DNA of 64,000 nucleotides from Verrucomicrobiota bacterium (GTDB lineage Bacteria; Verrucomicrobiota; Verrucomicrobiia; Opitutales; Cerasicoccaceae): NCBI GenBank assembly GCA_039818205.1, contig JBCBUK010000007.1, positions 64,001 to 128,000 of the forward strand, read 5' to 3'. Shown piece by piece: positions 55,246 to 64,000 of this stretch (position 1 is its first letter; each line of letters starts with the position of its first letter). The notes under the pieces were generated by a model. It saw only the letters and a program-made list of their open reading frames with translations, ran no database searches and was not told where the DNA came from. The position numbers and the translations under genes were made by a program.

Positions 55246-56607
55246 ATGACGAATGATATGGGCATGGACGAACCCGAAGAAATTAAAGCACTACGCAACG
55301 CATTAGCGTTTTCCCCGGAAAATGTGGCTCTCCGCCAACACCTTGGCTCCCGCCTGTTGAAACTCGGACGTTTCACCGCCGCAGAGCAGGAGTTTCGCGA
55401 GGCACTCAAGTGGGACAAAGGCAACGTTGAACTCAACGTGTTGCTGGCTGAGGCTTATTTCCAACAAGGCAAGCAATCCGAAGCCGAGGTCATCCTGGAA
55501 TCCTTGGAGCGGGCAAAAACTCTGTCGGTCACCGGGCGGCTACTCTACGTCAAGGTCCTCTGCCAAACGACCGAGCTCGTCAAAGCTGCAAACATCTACA
55601 AGGAGATTCTCGACGACTATCCGGAAATGGCGGATGAGTCGCTTGATGCTGAACTTGAACCCTTCCTTGCGGACGATCTGGAAGAAGACGACGAGCCCCA
55701 GCGGTTACACGCAGGCGACATCCCTGGCAATGGCTTCATCGAATCCGAGAGCCCGGAAATCAAATTTGACCACGTCGGCGGGATGGACTCCGTCAAGGAA
55801 CAGATCCGTATGAAGGTCATCCATCCATTGGCCAATGCTGACCTGTTCAAGGCCTACGGCAAAAGCGTGGGCGGTGGAATCCTCCTCTATGGCCCTCCCG
55901 GCTGCGGTAAAACACTGCTTGCCCGGGCGACTGCGGGCGAGGTTCAAGCCAGCTTCATGTCCGTTGGCCTGCACGATGTGCTGGACATGTGGATTGGTCA
56001 AAGTGAGAAAAACCTTCACCTGATCTTTGAGCAAGCACGTCAGAACAACCCGAGCGTTCTATTCTTTGACGAGGTCGACGCCCTTGGAGCCAGCCGCAGC
56101 AATCTCAAGGAAAGCGCGGGCCGGAATACGATTAACCAGTTCCTCGCCGAGCTCGATGGTATCGACTCCCAGAACGAGGGGCTCCTCGTGCTCGCCGCAA
56201 CCAATGCTCCCTGGCATTTGGATTCCGCATTTCGCCGACCGGGTCGCTTTGACCGGATTATCTTCGTCCCGCCACCCGATCTACCCGCCCGGGCCGCTAT
56301 CCTCAAGGTCATGCTAACGGACAAGCCCACAGATCGTATCGACTTTGAAGCGGTTGCCAAAAAGACGGATGGTTTTTCCGGTGCCGACCTCAAAGGCTTG
56401 GTTGATGACGCGATCGAAGCGAAGCTCGAGGAAGCGATGCGTAAAGGCGATTTGGTCCCCGTCACGACCAAAGATTTGATCAAGTCGGCTAAGCGCATCA
56501 AGCCGAGCACACGCGAGTGGTTTGCCACTGCGAAAAACTACGCTCTTTATGCAAACCAAAGTGGTCTCTACGACGACATCCTTGAACACCTAAAAACGAA
56601 ACGGTAA
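55246..56607 (+). CDS. N-terminal TPR + single AAA+ ATPase
   Basis: GPPGCGKT, MWIGQSEKNL pore loop, FFDEVD, ATNAPW, RRPGRFDR; start uncertain (55246-55264). Confidence 0.9.
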   Translation: MTNDMGMDEPEEIKALRNALAFSPENVALRQHLGSRLLKLGRFTAAEQEFREALKWDKGNVELNVLLAEAYFQQGKQSEAEVILESLERAKTLSVTGRLLYVKVLCQTTELVKAANIYKEILDDYPEMADESLDAELEPFLADDLEEDDEPQRLHAGDIPGNGFIESESPEIKFDHVGGMDSVKEQIRMKVIHPLANADLFKAYGKSVGGGILLYGPPGCGKTLLARATAGEVQASFMSVGLHDVLDMWIGQSEKNLHLIFEQARQNNPSVLFFDEVDALGASRSNLKESAGRNTINQFLAELDGIDSQNEGLLVLAATNAPWHLDSAFRRPGRFDRIIFVPPPDLPARAAILKVMLTDKPTDRIDFEAVAKKTDGFSGADLKGLVDDAIEAKLEEAMRKGDLVPVTTKDLIKSAKRIKPSTREWFATAKNYALYANQSGLYDDILEHLKTKR

Positions 56608-57851
56608 TGTCGAGTTCCATTGATCGAGCACTCACCCTTCTATCGATAAGCCGGTTCAAGGAAGCTCAGGAGGCTGCTCAGGAAGCCCTTGCTTCCGACC
56701 CGTCGTCAATCCAGGCCTACCTAGTTATTGCCCAAGCAGCTCTTCAACTGGACAAGCTTGATGAAGCCCTCAATGCAGCAAACCAGGCAATTGGCCTAGC
56801 ACCTGAACTTGCCCCATGCTTCCAGGTTCGCGCACGTATTCAATTGGCTCGCAAGAAGTATAAGGCAGCAGTTGAAGACTGCCAACAAGCCTTGGAAATC
56901 GATCCGCATTCGGCATCTACATTTGGGGTCCTCGCTTGGTGTTTCATTGGGCAAAGTGATTGGAAGAAGGCCCTGGAAGCCGCCGAGCAAGGTTTGGAGG
57001 AAGATCCAGAAGACACGATTTGCCAAAATGCCCGAGCTCGCTCATTGATGTTTCTCAAGCAGACCGATCAGGCGTTTCAGAGCATTGACTCCATGCTCGC
57101 ACGCGACCCGGAGAACCCTGTGACCCATACCCTTGCCGGTTGGGCAAAGCTACAGGCGAAACAGCACGATGAGGCGTTAAAACATTTCTCCGAGGCGCTA
57201 CGGCAGGACCCCAATCTCGGATACGCTCGAGAGGGTTTAATCACGGCCATGAAAGCCAAGAATCCGATCTACGGCGCGCTACTCTCCTACTCGTTTTTCA
57301 TGGCGGGCCTGAAGCCCGGCACTCAATTTGCCGTGCTGATCGGTGGCTTCATTGCCTACCAAGTCATCGTACGGAGCCTTGCGGCTAGTGGCTATCCTCT
57401 CTTGGCCGCTATCGTCGTTGCTATCTGGATGATCCTCGTGGTGCTGACCTGGGCCGGCGACGCAATCTTCAACATGCTGCTGCTTTTCCACCCGTTTGGT
57501 CGCATGGTTCTGTCGACCAGCCAAAAGTGGATATCTGCCGGCGTAGCAGCCGTAGTAGCTGCTGGATTGGGTGTCATGTTCGCGTCATTCTTTGCGGTGC
57601 CGAACCTCCTGTTTACGGGACTCGGGTTGATGCTCGTGTGCCTTCCCCTCGCCTTCGCCCTGCGGCTGGAAGGCCGATCACAGATGATCTCCCTGGGCAT
57701 TGCAGGTGCCTGCACAGCCGCATTGCTTGGTTCAGCAATCATGATGCTATCCGGTAGTACATCCGAGAACGCCGAAAACCTTCAGCGCCTGGCTCTCTAC
57801 GCTTTAATCGCCTTCAGCTGGATTGGCCCGTCGGCCCTTAAGCGGATTTAA
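56607..57851 (+). CDS. TPR-repeat protein with C-terminal multi-pass membrane domain
   Basis: About 6 TPRs followed by about 6-7 hydrophobic helices; TAATG overlap with the ATPase stop. Confidence 0.85.
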   Translation: MSSSIDRALTLLSISRFKEAQEAAQEALASDPSSIQAYLVIAQAALQLDKLDEALNAANQAIGLAPELAPCFQVRARIQLARKKYKAAVEDCQQALEIDPHSASTFGVLAWCFIGQSDWKKALEAAEQGLEEDPEDTICQNARARSLMFLKQTDQAFQSIDSMLARDPENPVTHTLAGWAKLQAKQHDEALKHFSEALRQDPNLGYAREGLITAMKAKNPIYGALLSYSFFMAGLKPGTQFAVLIGGFIAYQVIVRSLAASGYPLLAAIVVAIWMILVVLTWAGDAIFNMLLLFHPFGRMVLSTSQKWISAGVAAVVAAGLGVMFASFFAVPNLLFTGLGLMLVCLPLAFALRLEGRSQMISLGIAGACTAALLGSAIMMLSGSTSENAENLQRLALYALIAFSWIGPSALKRI

Positions 57852-57858
57852 ATCGCAC

Positions 57859-58500
57859 CTAGAGTTCGTCCGACAAGGCGACGCAGAACTCGACCATACG
57901 TTCGACCTGCTCACGTGCCTGCGACTGGTAAGGCAGCCCAACTTGAAGAAAGGTAATGACGCCATCGTGCAGGCTAAGAAAGCCTTCGATGCCAATCCAT
58001 TCACCTTCGACTCGCGAACGCCACTGGTCGTTGATCAACGCAACGGCTTCGTCTGGAGAATTGCTCCGAAGAGAGTATTTTGCCTCAAAGCGCTGATCGC
58101 CCGTTTGAGCTTCCTTGAGTCGGCCCAATTGGCCCAGGCGTCCCGTTAGGTTTCGCTGCGCCAAGGTAAACTGAAAATCGGGCTTCGCCTTGGTCGACAC
58201 CCGAATCGCGATGTCCGTCTGGCGGGTGTTATCTAAGCCATAACCCTTGGGGAAAATGGAAATCTCATGCCCTTTAAAACGGCCATAAAGTGTGGGGTTA
58301 CGACGGTAGAGCCCGTACATCGTCGCCTCAGGAATCGTTAGCTCCAAATCGAACTTGTCCGCCAATATGCGAAACTGTTCGACCAGTTTTCCATGTTGAC
58401 CGAGGTTGTAGCGAAGCGCCGCAGCAGCAGCAATCGCTAGCAACGTTAGCATGCCCGCAAGCACTAGCCACAATTCTGTCGATCCTGGTTCAGATTCCAT
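57859..58500 (-). CDS. Membrane-anchored hypothetical protein
   Basis: N-terminal TM; TGDQRFEAKYSLRSNSP motif. Confidence 0.65.
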   Translation of the reverse strand: MESEPGSTELWLVLAGMLTLLAIAAAAALRYNLGQHGKLVEQFRILADKFDLELTIPEATMYGLYRRNPTLYGRFKGHEISIFPKGYGLDNTRQTDIAIRVSTKAKPDFQFTLAQRNLTGRLGQLGRLKEAQTGDQRFEAKYSLRSNSPDEAVALINDQWRSRVEGEWIGIEGFLSLHDGVITFLQVGLPYQSQAREQVERMVEFCVALSDEL

Positions 58501-58548
58501 CTCAGCAAAGGTAGGTCAGCATTCGAAGACATCCAAGCGAAAACCCAC

Positions 58549-59700
58549 TTAGCGGACTTCCAGAATCAACCCTTTCAAATAGTGGCTCTCGGGCATATTC
58601 AGCAAGGCCGGGTGATCGGCTGGCTGCCCGGTTACCTCCATCAAGCGCACATCCTTGCGCACATCGGCCGCGGCGAGCCGAGCGACCTCAAGGACGTCCG
58701 ACAGTCCCACGCTTTGGGAACAAGAATAAGTCGCCAGAATCCCGCCCTTGCTAAGCAACTGCATCGCCCGAAGGTTCAATTCCTTGTAGCCCCGAAGCGC
58801 TCCACCCAAGGAGCGCTTGTTGCGAGCAAAACTCGGTGGGTCGAGAACGATTAGATCAAACGAAGCTTTCCGGTTTTCCGTGAACCAATCGAACATATTT
58901 GCCTCCTGAACCTCGATCGCTAACTGGTTCTTGCCGGCGTTCATCTTTGCCGCGTTGACGCATTCCGCCGAGATATCCACGGCTAGCACCGAAGCCGCAC
59001 CCGCCTTGGCGCAATGCAGGGCGAATCCTCCTTGGTTGCAAAACGCATCAAGCACCCGGCGACCTGACGCCATCTGCGCGATTCGACGATGCTGGACTCG
59101 CTGGTCCAGAAAGAAGCCCGTTTTCTGGCCGCCATACAAATCAACAAAGTAGTCGATCGAATCGATCCCATACCACTGCGCCGGGAGCGCATCCCCCGAG
59201 CGGGTCGACACCTCCAGCGGCAATCCTTCATGCTGACGGCTCGGAGCATCGTTACGATAAACAATCTCGGACGGGTTCAATTGTTCGGTAAGAACTGCTT
59301 CAATGTCTGCTCGGCGCTTGTCCATTCCGAGCGTCAACAACTGGACAACCAATACCTTGTCAAACTGATCAACCACCAGCCCCGGGAGGCAATCAGCCTC
59401 AGACCAAATCAAGCGACGAAACGCTTCATTCTCGCGGCGCCCAATGGCGGCCTTTACCAAGTGCCCCAAGTAATCGCGATCGAGATTTGCAGATTCGGTG
59501 GAGAAACGACGCCAGACAATCTGAGAGTTGCCGTTGAACAGGCCAGTGCCGAGCGTTCGGCCTCGCGAATCTTTCAACTCGACGGCTTCGCCGTTGTGGC
59601 TGGCGGGCAGCAGTTTAGCAATATCGCTGGTATATGCCCAAGGGTGTCCTTGAGTCGCTCGTGGGCCTTTGCCCGGTTTTAACTGAATTGAAGGAAGCAT
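58549..59700 (-). CDS. Class I SAM-dependent rRNA methyltransferase, RlmI-like
   Basis: GHPWAY PUA-like start; SEADCLPGLVVD, GQKTGFFLDQR, LDPPSF, TYSCS, YLKG; start ATG 59700. Confidence 0.9.
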   Translation of the reverse strand: MLPSIQLKPGKGPRATQGHPWAYTSDIAKLLPASHNGEAVELKDSRGRTLGTGLFNGNSQIVWRRFSTESANLDRDYLGHLVKAAIGRRENEAFRRLIWSEADCLPGLVVDQFDKVLVVQLLTLGMDKRRADIEAVLTEQLNPSEIVYRNDAPSRQHEGLPLEVSTRSGDALPAQWYGIDSIDYFVDLYGGQKTGFFLDQRVQHRRIAQMASGRRVLDAFCNQGGFALHCAKAGAASVLAVDISAECVNAAKMNAGKNQLAIEVQEANMFDWFTENRKASFDLIVLDPPSFARNKRSLGGALRGYKELNLRAMQLLSKGGILATYSCSQSVGLSDVLEVARLAAADVRKDVRLMEVTGQPADHPALLNMPESHYLKGLILEVR

Positions 59701-59729
59701 TGAAAAAACTCTATTAGATTGAATGTCGG

Positions 59730-60839
59730 TTAAACGACTTTGCGGAAAAACCAGCACGATAAGATCAACATGAACCCAAAGGGTACCCACACAGCAACGG
59801 AAAGCGGAATAACGGCTTGTGCTCCTAGAACTCGACAAACCTCTTCCAGTGCAAAAAAGAAGACGAAGAATCCCAGCGATTTCGCCACGCCGACCACGGG
59901 ATTGACCCGCACGCCCGCAACCGCAAAAGGAACTGCAATACCCACCATTACCAAGCAGGAAAGTGGCTGCGAAAGGATACGTTGCTCGCGCACCTGATAC
60001 GTCAAACGCCGCGGATGATCGCTGCTTGTCATCGTGAGCAGGCGCTGGATCTCATCAAACGAAAGGTCTTCGGGCTCCGCATTCAAGGCCTGCATCAACC
60101 ACGGGTCCTCAGTCAACTCGGGGTAGGAACGATTCTCGAACCCATGGGAATAGTAGGTCTCTCCACTATCAGAATCGAATCGCAACTCACGGCCATTCAC
60201 GAAAACCCAGTGGCTATCGACATCGTCAAAGTATGCCTCTTCACCCATTATCCGACGCACCTCTTGGCCACGATCATCACGTTCATAAACGGTTACCCCA
60301 AAGCCGTCATACGAGTACTCGCTGAACTTATTCATGAACCAAAGGCGTCGGTCGTGCTGGTTGTCAAAAGACATCAGAGGCACAATACCCACCATGCGCG
60401 GACCAAAGATCTCAGACTCGTAGTTCATTCGCCAATTGCTACGGATCAAACGACTCTGTTCGACCGAGTACGGTACAATTGATGCGTTGAGCCCGAGCAG
60501 CAACAAAGCCAGCAATCCACCGACCAGCCAAAGCGATCGGGTAATCGTGAAGAGGTGAAGTCCGCTCGCCCGCATTGCCGTGATCTCGCTGTTGCGGTGC
60601 AAATTCCCGAGTGTAAATAGAATCGAGATGAGCAGCCCGATCGGGATAATCAAAGGTAAGAAACTGGGAATGAGGAAGGCATAATATTCCAAGACTTCCA
60701 TCGCTCCAGCGCCCCAGTTCAAATAGTCCTCCAGGTCGTCTTGAATATCCTCGAGAATCAGAACCCCGAGCATGGCGAGAACGGCCAAAGCAAATGCTTT
60801 GAGCCACTCCGCAAAAACATAGCGATCCAAGAGACGCAT
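59730..60839 (-). CDS. LptF/LptG-family LPS export permease
   Basis: LLDRYV, SEITAMRASG, 3+3 TM layout with a periplasmic domain. Confidence 0.88.
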   Translation of the reverse strand: MRLLDRYVFAEWLKAFALAVLAMLGVLILEDIQDDLEDYLNWGAGAMEVLEYYAFLIPSFLPLIIPIGLLISILFTLGNLHRNSEITAMRASGLHLFTITRSLWLVGGLLALLLLGLNASIVPYSVEQSRLIRSNWRMNYESEIFGPRMVGIVPLMSFDNQHDRRLWFMNKFSEYSYDGFGVTVYERDDRGQEVRRIMGEEAYFDDVDSHWVFVNGRELRFDSDSGETYYSHGFENRSYPELTEDPWLMQALNAEPEDLSFDEIQRLLTMTSSDHPRRLTYQVREQRILSQPLSCLVMVGIAVPFAVAGVRVNPVVGVAKSLGFFVFFFALEEVCRVLGAQAVIPLSVAVWVPFGFMLILSCWFFRKVV

Positions 60840-60895
60840 GAGGGAAGCATGGGCCGGAAACCCGCCGTGGAAAGCTAAATCAGCCTGAGTCAGGC

Positions 60896-62665
60896 TTAGC
60901 TATGAACGCGGGCGAACTCTTCGTCTTCGTATTCCTGAATGACGTCGACCTGGTGCAGCCAAAGGTTCGCATAGCGACCTTCATTCATGAGCAACTCATC
61001 GTGGGTCCCTTGCTCAAGGATCCCACCCTTCTCTAAGACCACAATCTTGTCAGCCTTGCGAATCGTCGAGAGACGGTGCGCGATCACAATCACAGTCCGT
61101 TCACTCATCAAATTCTCCAGTGCTTGCTGAATCTGGCGTTCGGTTATGGTATCAACGCTCGCAGTGGCCTCGTCCAAAATCACCATCGGCGGGTTCTTCA
61201 AAAGAACGCGGGCAATGGTTAGGCGTTGCTTCTCTCCTTGCGACAGGCGAATGCCCTTCTCTCCAATATTGGTATCGATGCCATCCGGCATATTGACCAC
61301 AAACTCCCAAGCGCTCGCCCCGCGCAGTGCCAATTCGATCTGCTCGTCTGTCGCATCTTCCTTGGCGAGGAGTAAGTTATCTCGCACGCTGCCTTCAAAT
61401 AGGAACGGTTCTTGGGCAACGTGGCCAATCTGCTGATGCAGCTCATGCAGCGAAAAGTTGCAAATATCGACACCATTTATCGTAACGGTTCCTTCGCTTG
61501 TGTCGTAGGCGCGCATAGCGAGGTTCGCAATGGTGCTTTTGCCAGCTCCGGTGTGCCCGACCAGGGCAGTCACTTTTCCCGCTTCGATGGTCAGATTAAA
61601 TTTGTCGAGCACCGCTGGTCGATCTGGATAGCGGAAAATGACATCATCAAAATTGACCTCCAATAAGCCTGTCGGGAATGGCGCAGGCGTCTGCGGATCT
61701 TCGACCTCGATCGGAGAATCCAGAATCTCAAAGACGCGTTCTCCACTCGCCTTTCCGGCCACCAAAAGGTGGTTCAAGCCATGGAGCTGACCAATCGGAA
61801 CGTAGAGCATATTCGCCAGAAACACGAAGGCGACCATCTTGGGAAAGTCGAAATCGCTGGTGCCGCTCAGGATTAAATAGCCACCAATTCCGATCACACT
61901 GACGGTGCCCATGCTCGTTAGAAAGTTTGTCCCAGGGTTGTAAATTGCCCACCGGTACATGGCCCGCAGTGTCCGTTTGCGAAGGTCACCTGCCCGTTCG
62001 AAAAAGCGTCGAATTTCCCGCTCCTGCAAACCAAAGGTCTGAATCAGCCGGTTACCCTGAATGTCTTCCACCAGTAGAGCATTCAGCTCGCCCGACGCTT
62101 CACGCACCTTCTTCCACACCTTGCGACCATGCTTCGCGTAAAAGTAGGCAAACACGAGCAAAACGGGCACGGGAAGAAATACAAACCACGCCAGGAAAGC
62201 ATTCATCTGAAAAAGCATAATGCTCACGCCAATAAGCATCGCTATTGAACGAACGCCGATTTCCGTGCCGTCCAGCAAAGCACGCTCCACGTTGTTTACG
62301 TCCTCGATCACCCGTGAGGAAATCTCACCGCTCTTACGCTGATCGTAAAAGGACACCGGCAGGCGGAGCAATTTCGCGTGGATGTCGCCCCGCATATCCA
62401 TCAAGACCTTTTGTTCCAAGGTATTGTTCAGCAAGATCCGCAGACCATTCGCCACTTCACTTCCAAGATATAGAACAACAATCATGCTCACGCCCATGAT
62501 CAGCTCATCGACTCCGGCTGCGTATTGGACCCCTTCCAGGATACTCTGGATTTGTTTCGGAATCCAAACCTGAAGACCTGTCATGAGCAGCGCCAAGCCG
62601 ATCGTTCCCCAAAAGAGGAGCGGATAGCGAAAGAGATACTTGGAGACGCGCCAGATAACCTTCAT
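60896..62665 (-). CDS. ABC exporter, fused permease/ATPase (MsbA/MdlAB-like)
   Basis: 6 TM; GHTGAGKS, LSQGEKQR, ILDEATA, IAHRLST; start ATG 62665. Confidence 0.9.
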   Translation of the reverse strand: MKVIWRVSKYLFRYPLLFWGTIGLALLMTGLQVWIPKQIQSILEGVQYAAGVDELIMGVSMIVVLYLGSEVANGLRILLNNTLEQKVLMDMRGDIHAKLLRLPVSFYDQRKSGEISSRVIEDVNNVERALLDGTEIGVRSIAMLIGVSIMLFQMNAFLAWFVFLPVPVLLVFAYFYAKHGRKVWKKVREASGELNALLVEDIQGNRLIQTFGLQEREIRRFFERAGDLRKRTLRAMYRWAIYNPGTNFLTSMGTVSVIGIGGYLILSGTSDFDFPKMVAFVFLANMLYVPIGQLHGLNHLLVAGKASGERVFEILDSPIEVEDPQTPAPFPTGLLEVNFDDVIFRYPDRPAVLDKFNLTIEAGKVTALVGHTGAGKSTIANLAMRAYDTSEGTVTINGVDICNFSLHELHQQIGHVAQEPFLFEGSVRDNLLLAKEDATDEQIELALRGASAWEFVVNMPDGIDTNIGEKGIRLSQGEKQRLTIARVLLKNPPMVILDEATASVDTITERQIQQALENLMSERTVIVIAHRLSTIRKADKIVVLEKGGILEQGTHDELLMNEGRYANLWLHQVDVIQEYEDEEFARVHS

Positions 62666-62877
62666 GCGCAAAACTGTGCCATTGCTTTGGGGGAAGAGCA
62701 AGTAAGCGAACGAAATATTCCGGAACCGGAATCCCCCGCGAGCCGCCCCTGAGAGCAAAAGAAAAACTTATTTCGGCAACGCTCTGAAACGCAAGAAATC
62801 TAAATAATACACCCCATTCAATAAATAGGGAAAAGTCCGCTTGCCATCATTTTTAACATTTCTTATAAAAGCCTCCA

Positions 62878-63606
62878 ATGAAACTGCTCAATTCTGTTAC
62901 CGTTTTCATTTTCGCAGCGGGCTCAGCATCAGCTGCTTTTATCAACTACAGCAACGGCGTAACCAATACCTCTAATTCAAGTGGACCAGCGTGGGTTGGC
63001 GGCTCCGCAATGTTCCTTGAAATCATTAATGACTACGGCGGCAGCCCACTCGGGCCCAGCGGCGGATCAGGTGACAGCCAGGACGGCTTTAATCTGTTCG
63101 ATCCAGGCGGCGGTGGCCTCGACATCACCCTGCTCTCGTGGGAGCTTGGCAGCATGACACTTTACCAGGGCGCTGGCACTCAGACGCAGTCGCCCGGTCC
63201 AGCAACCCCAGGGTTTGAAGACTACCGCTATGACGACCAGGGAGGCGTAGCGCCAAGCAACCTTTCATTTTCCTACAACGGTACGTTGTGGGCGACTGGC
63301 TACGTGACCCAGTTCGTCACCGAGGTTGCAAACAATGTGGACCCATCTGCGACCGGCTCGGGAACTGCCGTATTGACGGCGCACACCGTAGCGGGGGAAG
63401 ACTTCTTCAATGAAGTCAATTCACTGAGCGGAGGCACCAATATCATTACCTACACGGCAAGCAGTTTTTCTCCAGTTTCTGCCACGGATCCTGGAACTTT
63501 TGCCAGTGCCGGCCAGCTTATCATCGTCCCTGAACCGCAAACTTACGGCCTGATCGTCGGCACGCTTGTGCTCGGCCTCGCCTACATCCGCCGTCGAAAC
63601 GCGTAA
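62878..63606 (+). CDS. PEP-CTERM protein
   Basis: Signal peptide; IVPEPQTYGLIVG...IRRR. Confidence 0.9.
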   Translation: MKLLNSVTVFIFAAGSASAAFINYSNGVTNTSNSSGPAWVGGSAMFLEIINDYGGSPLGPSGGSGDSQDGFNLFDPGGGGLDITLLSWELGSMTLYQGAGTQTQSPGPATPGFEDYRYDDQGGVAPSNLSFSYNGTLWATGYVTQFVTEVANNVDPSATGSGTAVLTAHTVAGEDFFNEVNSLSGGTNIITYTASSFSPVSATDPGTFASAGQLIIVPEPQTYGLIVGTLVLGLAYIRRRNA

Positions 63607-63632
63607 GCCTCACGGGACAAATCAAGATTTCT

Positions 63633-63659
63633 AAAGGGCCTCTTCAGGGCCCTTTTTTT
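63633..63659. terminator. Probably bidirectional terminator between the convergent PEP-CTERM and smc genes
   Basis: AAAGGGCC-TCTTCAG-GGCCCTTTTTTT. Confidence 0.75.
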
Positions 63660-64000
63660 ATGCGCTAGCTCCAGCGGCCTCTAACTCAATCTCGTCGTCA
63701 CCATCGGAGACGAGCTCGTCCCCCTTACGATTAAAGCGCATCGAGACCAGCTTGGTAACACCCCGCTCTTGCATCGTGACACCGTAGATGGAATTAGCAG
63801 TCGAGACCGTGCGCTTGTTGTGGGTCACGATCAGGAACTGCGAATACTTCACGAACTCCTGCACCATGCCCGTAAACCGGCCGATGTTGACGTCGTCCAG
63901 CGGCGCATCCAGCTCGTCCAGGACCGCGAACGGGCTCGGCTTGACCATGTAGATTGCAAACAATAGTGCCACCGCAGTCATCGTCCGTTGCCCACCCGAA
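63658..64000 (-). CDS. smc: Chromosome segregation protein SMC, C-terminus (partial)
   Basis: SGGQRTMTAVALLFAI...PSPFAVLDELDAPLDD...QFLIVTHNKRT...YGVTMQE.GVTKLVS. Confidence 0.93.
   Translation of the reverse strand, partial: SGGQRTMTAVALLFAIYMVKPSPFAVLDELDAPLDDVNIGRFTGMVQEFVKYSQFLIVTHNKRTVSTANSIYGVTMQERGVTKLVSMRFNRKGDELVSDGDDEIELEAAGASA

Overview
Bacterial DNA, probably from a verrucomicrobium or another PVC-group organism. This is inferred from three PEP-CTERM proteins, three Cys-type sulfatases and an ECF-sigma/Ser-Thr kinase pair. In order along the window: (1) end of a YfbK/vWA gene, GH28 and SRPBCC genes. (2) A haem-uptake locus (hmuVUT divergent from hmuS) followed by two secreted proteins that share an unrecognised domain. 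Fur-like boxes lie upstream and the window has no TonB-dependent receptor, so these are candidate new haemophores. (3) An ECF sigma / WNK-like kinase / membrane-protein operon divergent from a PEP-CTERM gene and two sulfatases. (4) A Tat multicopper oxidase and an IS3 relic. (5) A two-gene locus of a triple-DHH-repeat protein and a ~2,740-aa TcB/TcC-like RHS protein with no evident immunity gene. (6) tRNA-Arg(TCT), with a ~9.9-kb island on its 5' side bounded by a 40-bp duplication of the tRNA 5' half. The island holds a broken tyrosine integrase, a broken integron integrase, attI, three attC cassettes and a heavy-metal RND cluster. (7) The relic of a second tandem element and a beta-helix/LamG protein. 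(8) Mostly core or metabolic genes to the end: dual PPIase, arylsulfatase, cytochrome c-PQQ dehydrogenase, SIS protein, GH20, TPR-AAA pair, RlmI-like, LptF/G, ABC exporter, PEP-CTERM and smc. All calls come from motif recognition by eye; no database searches were run.
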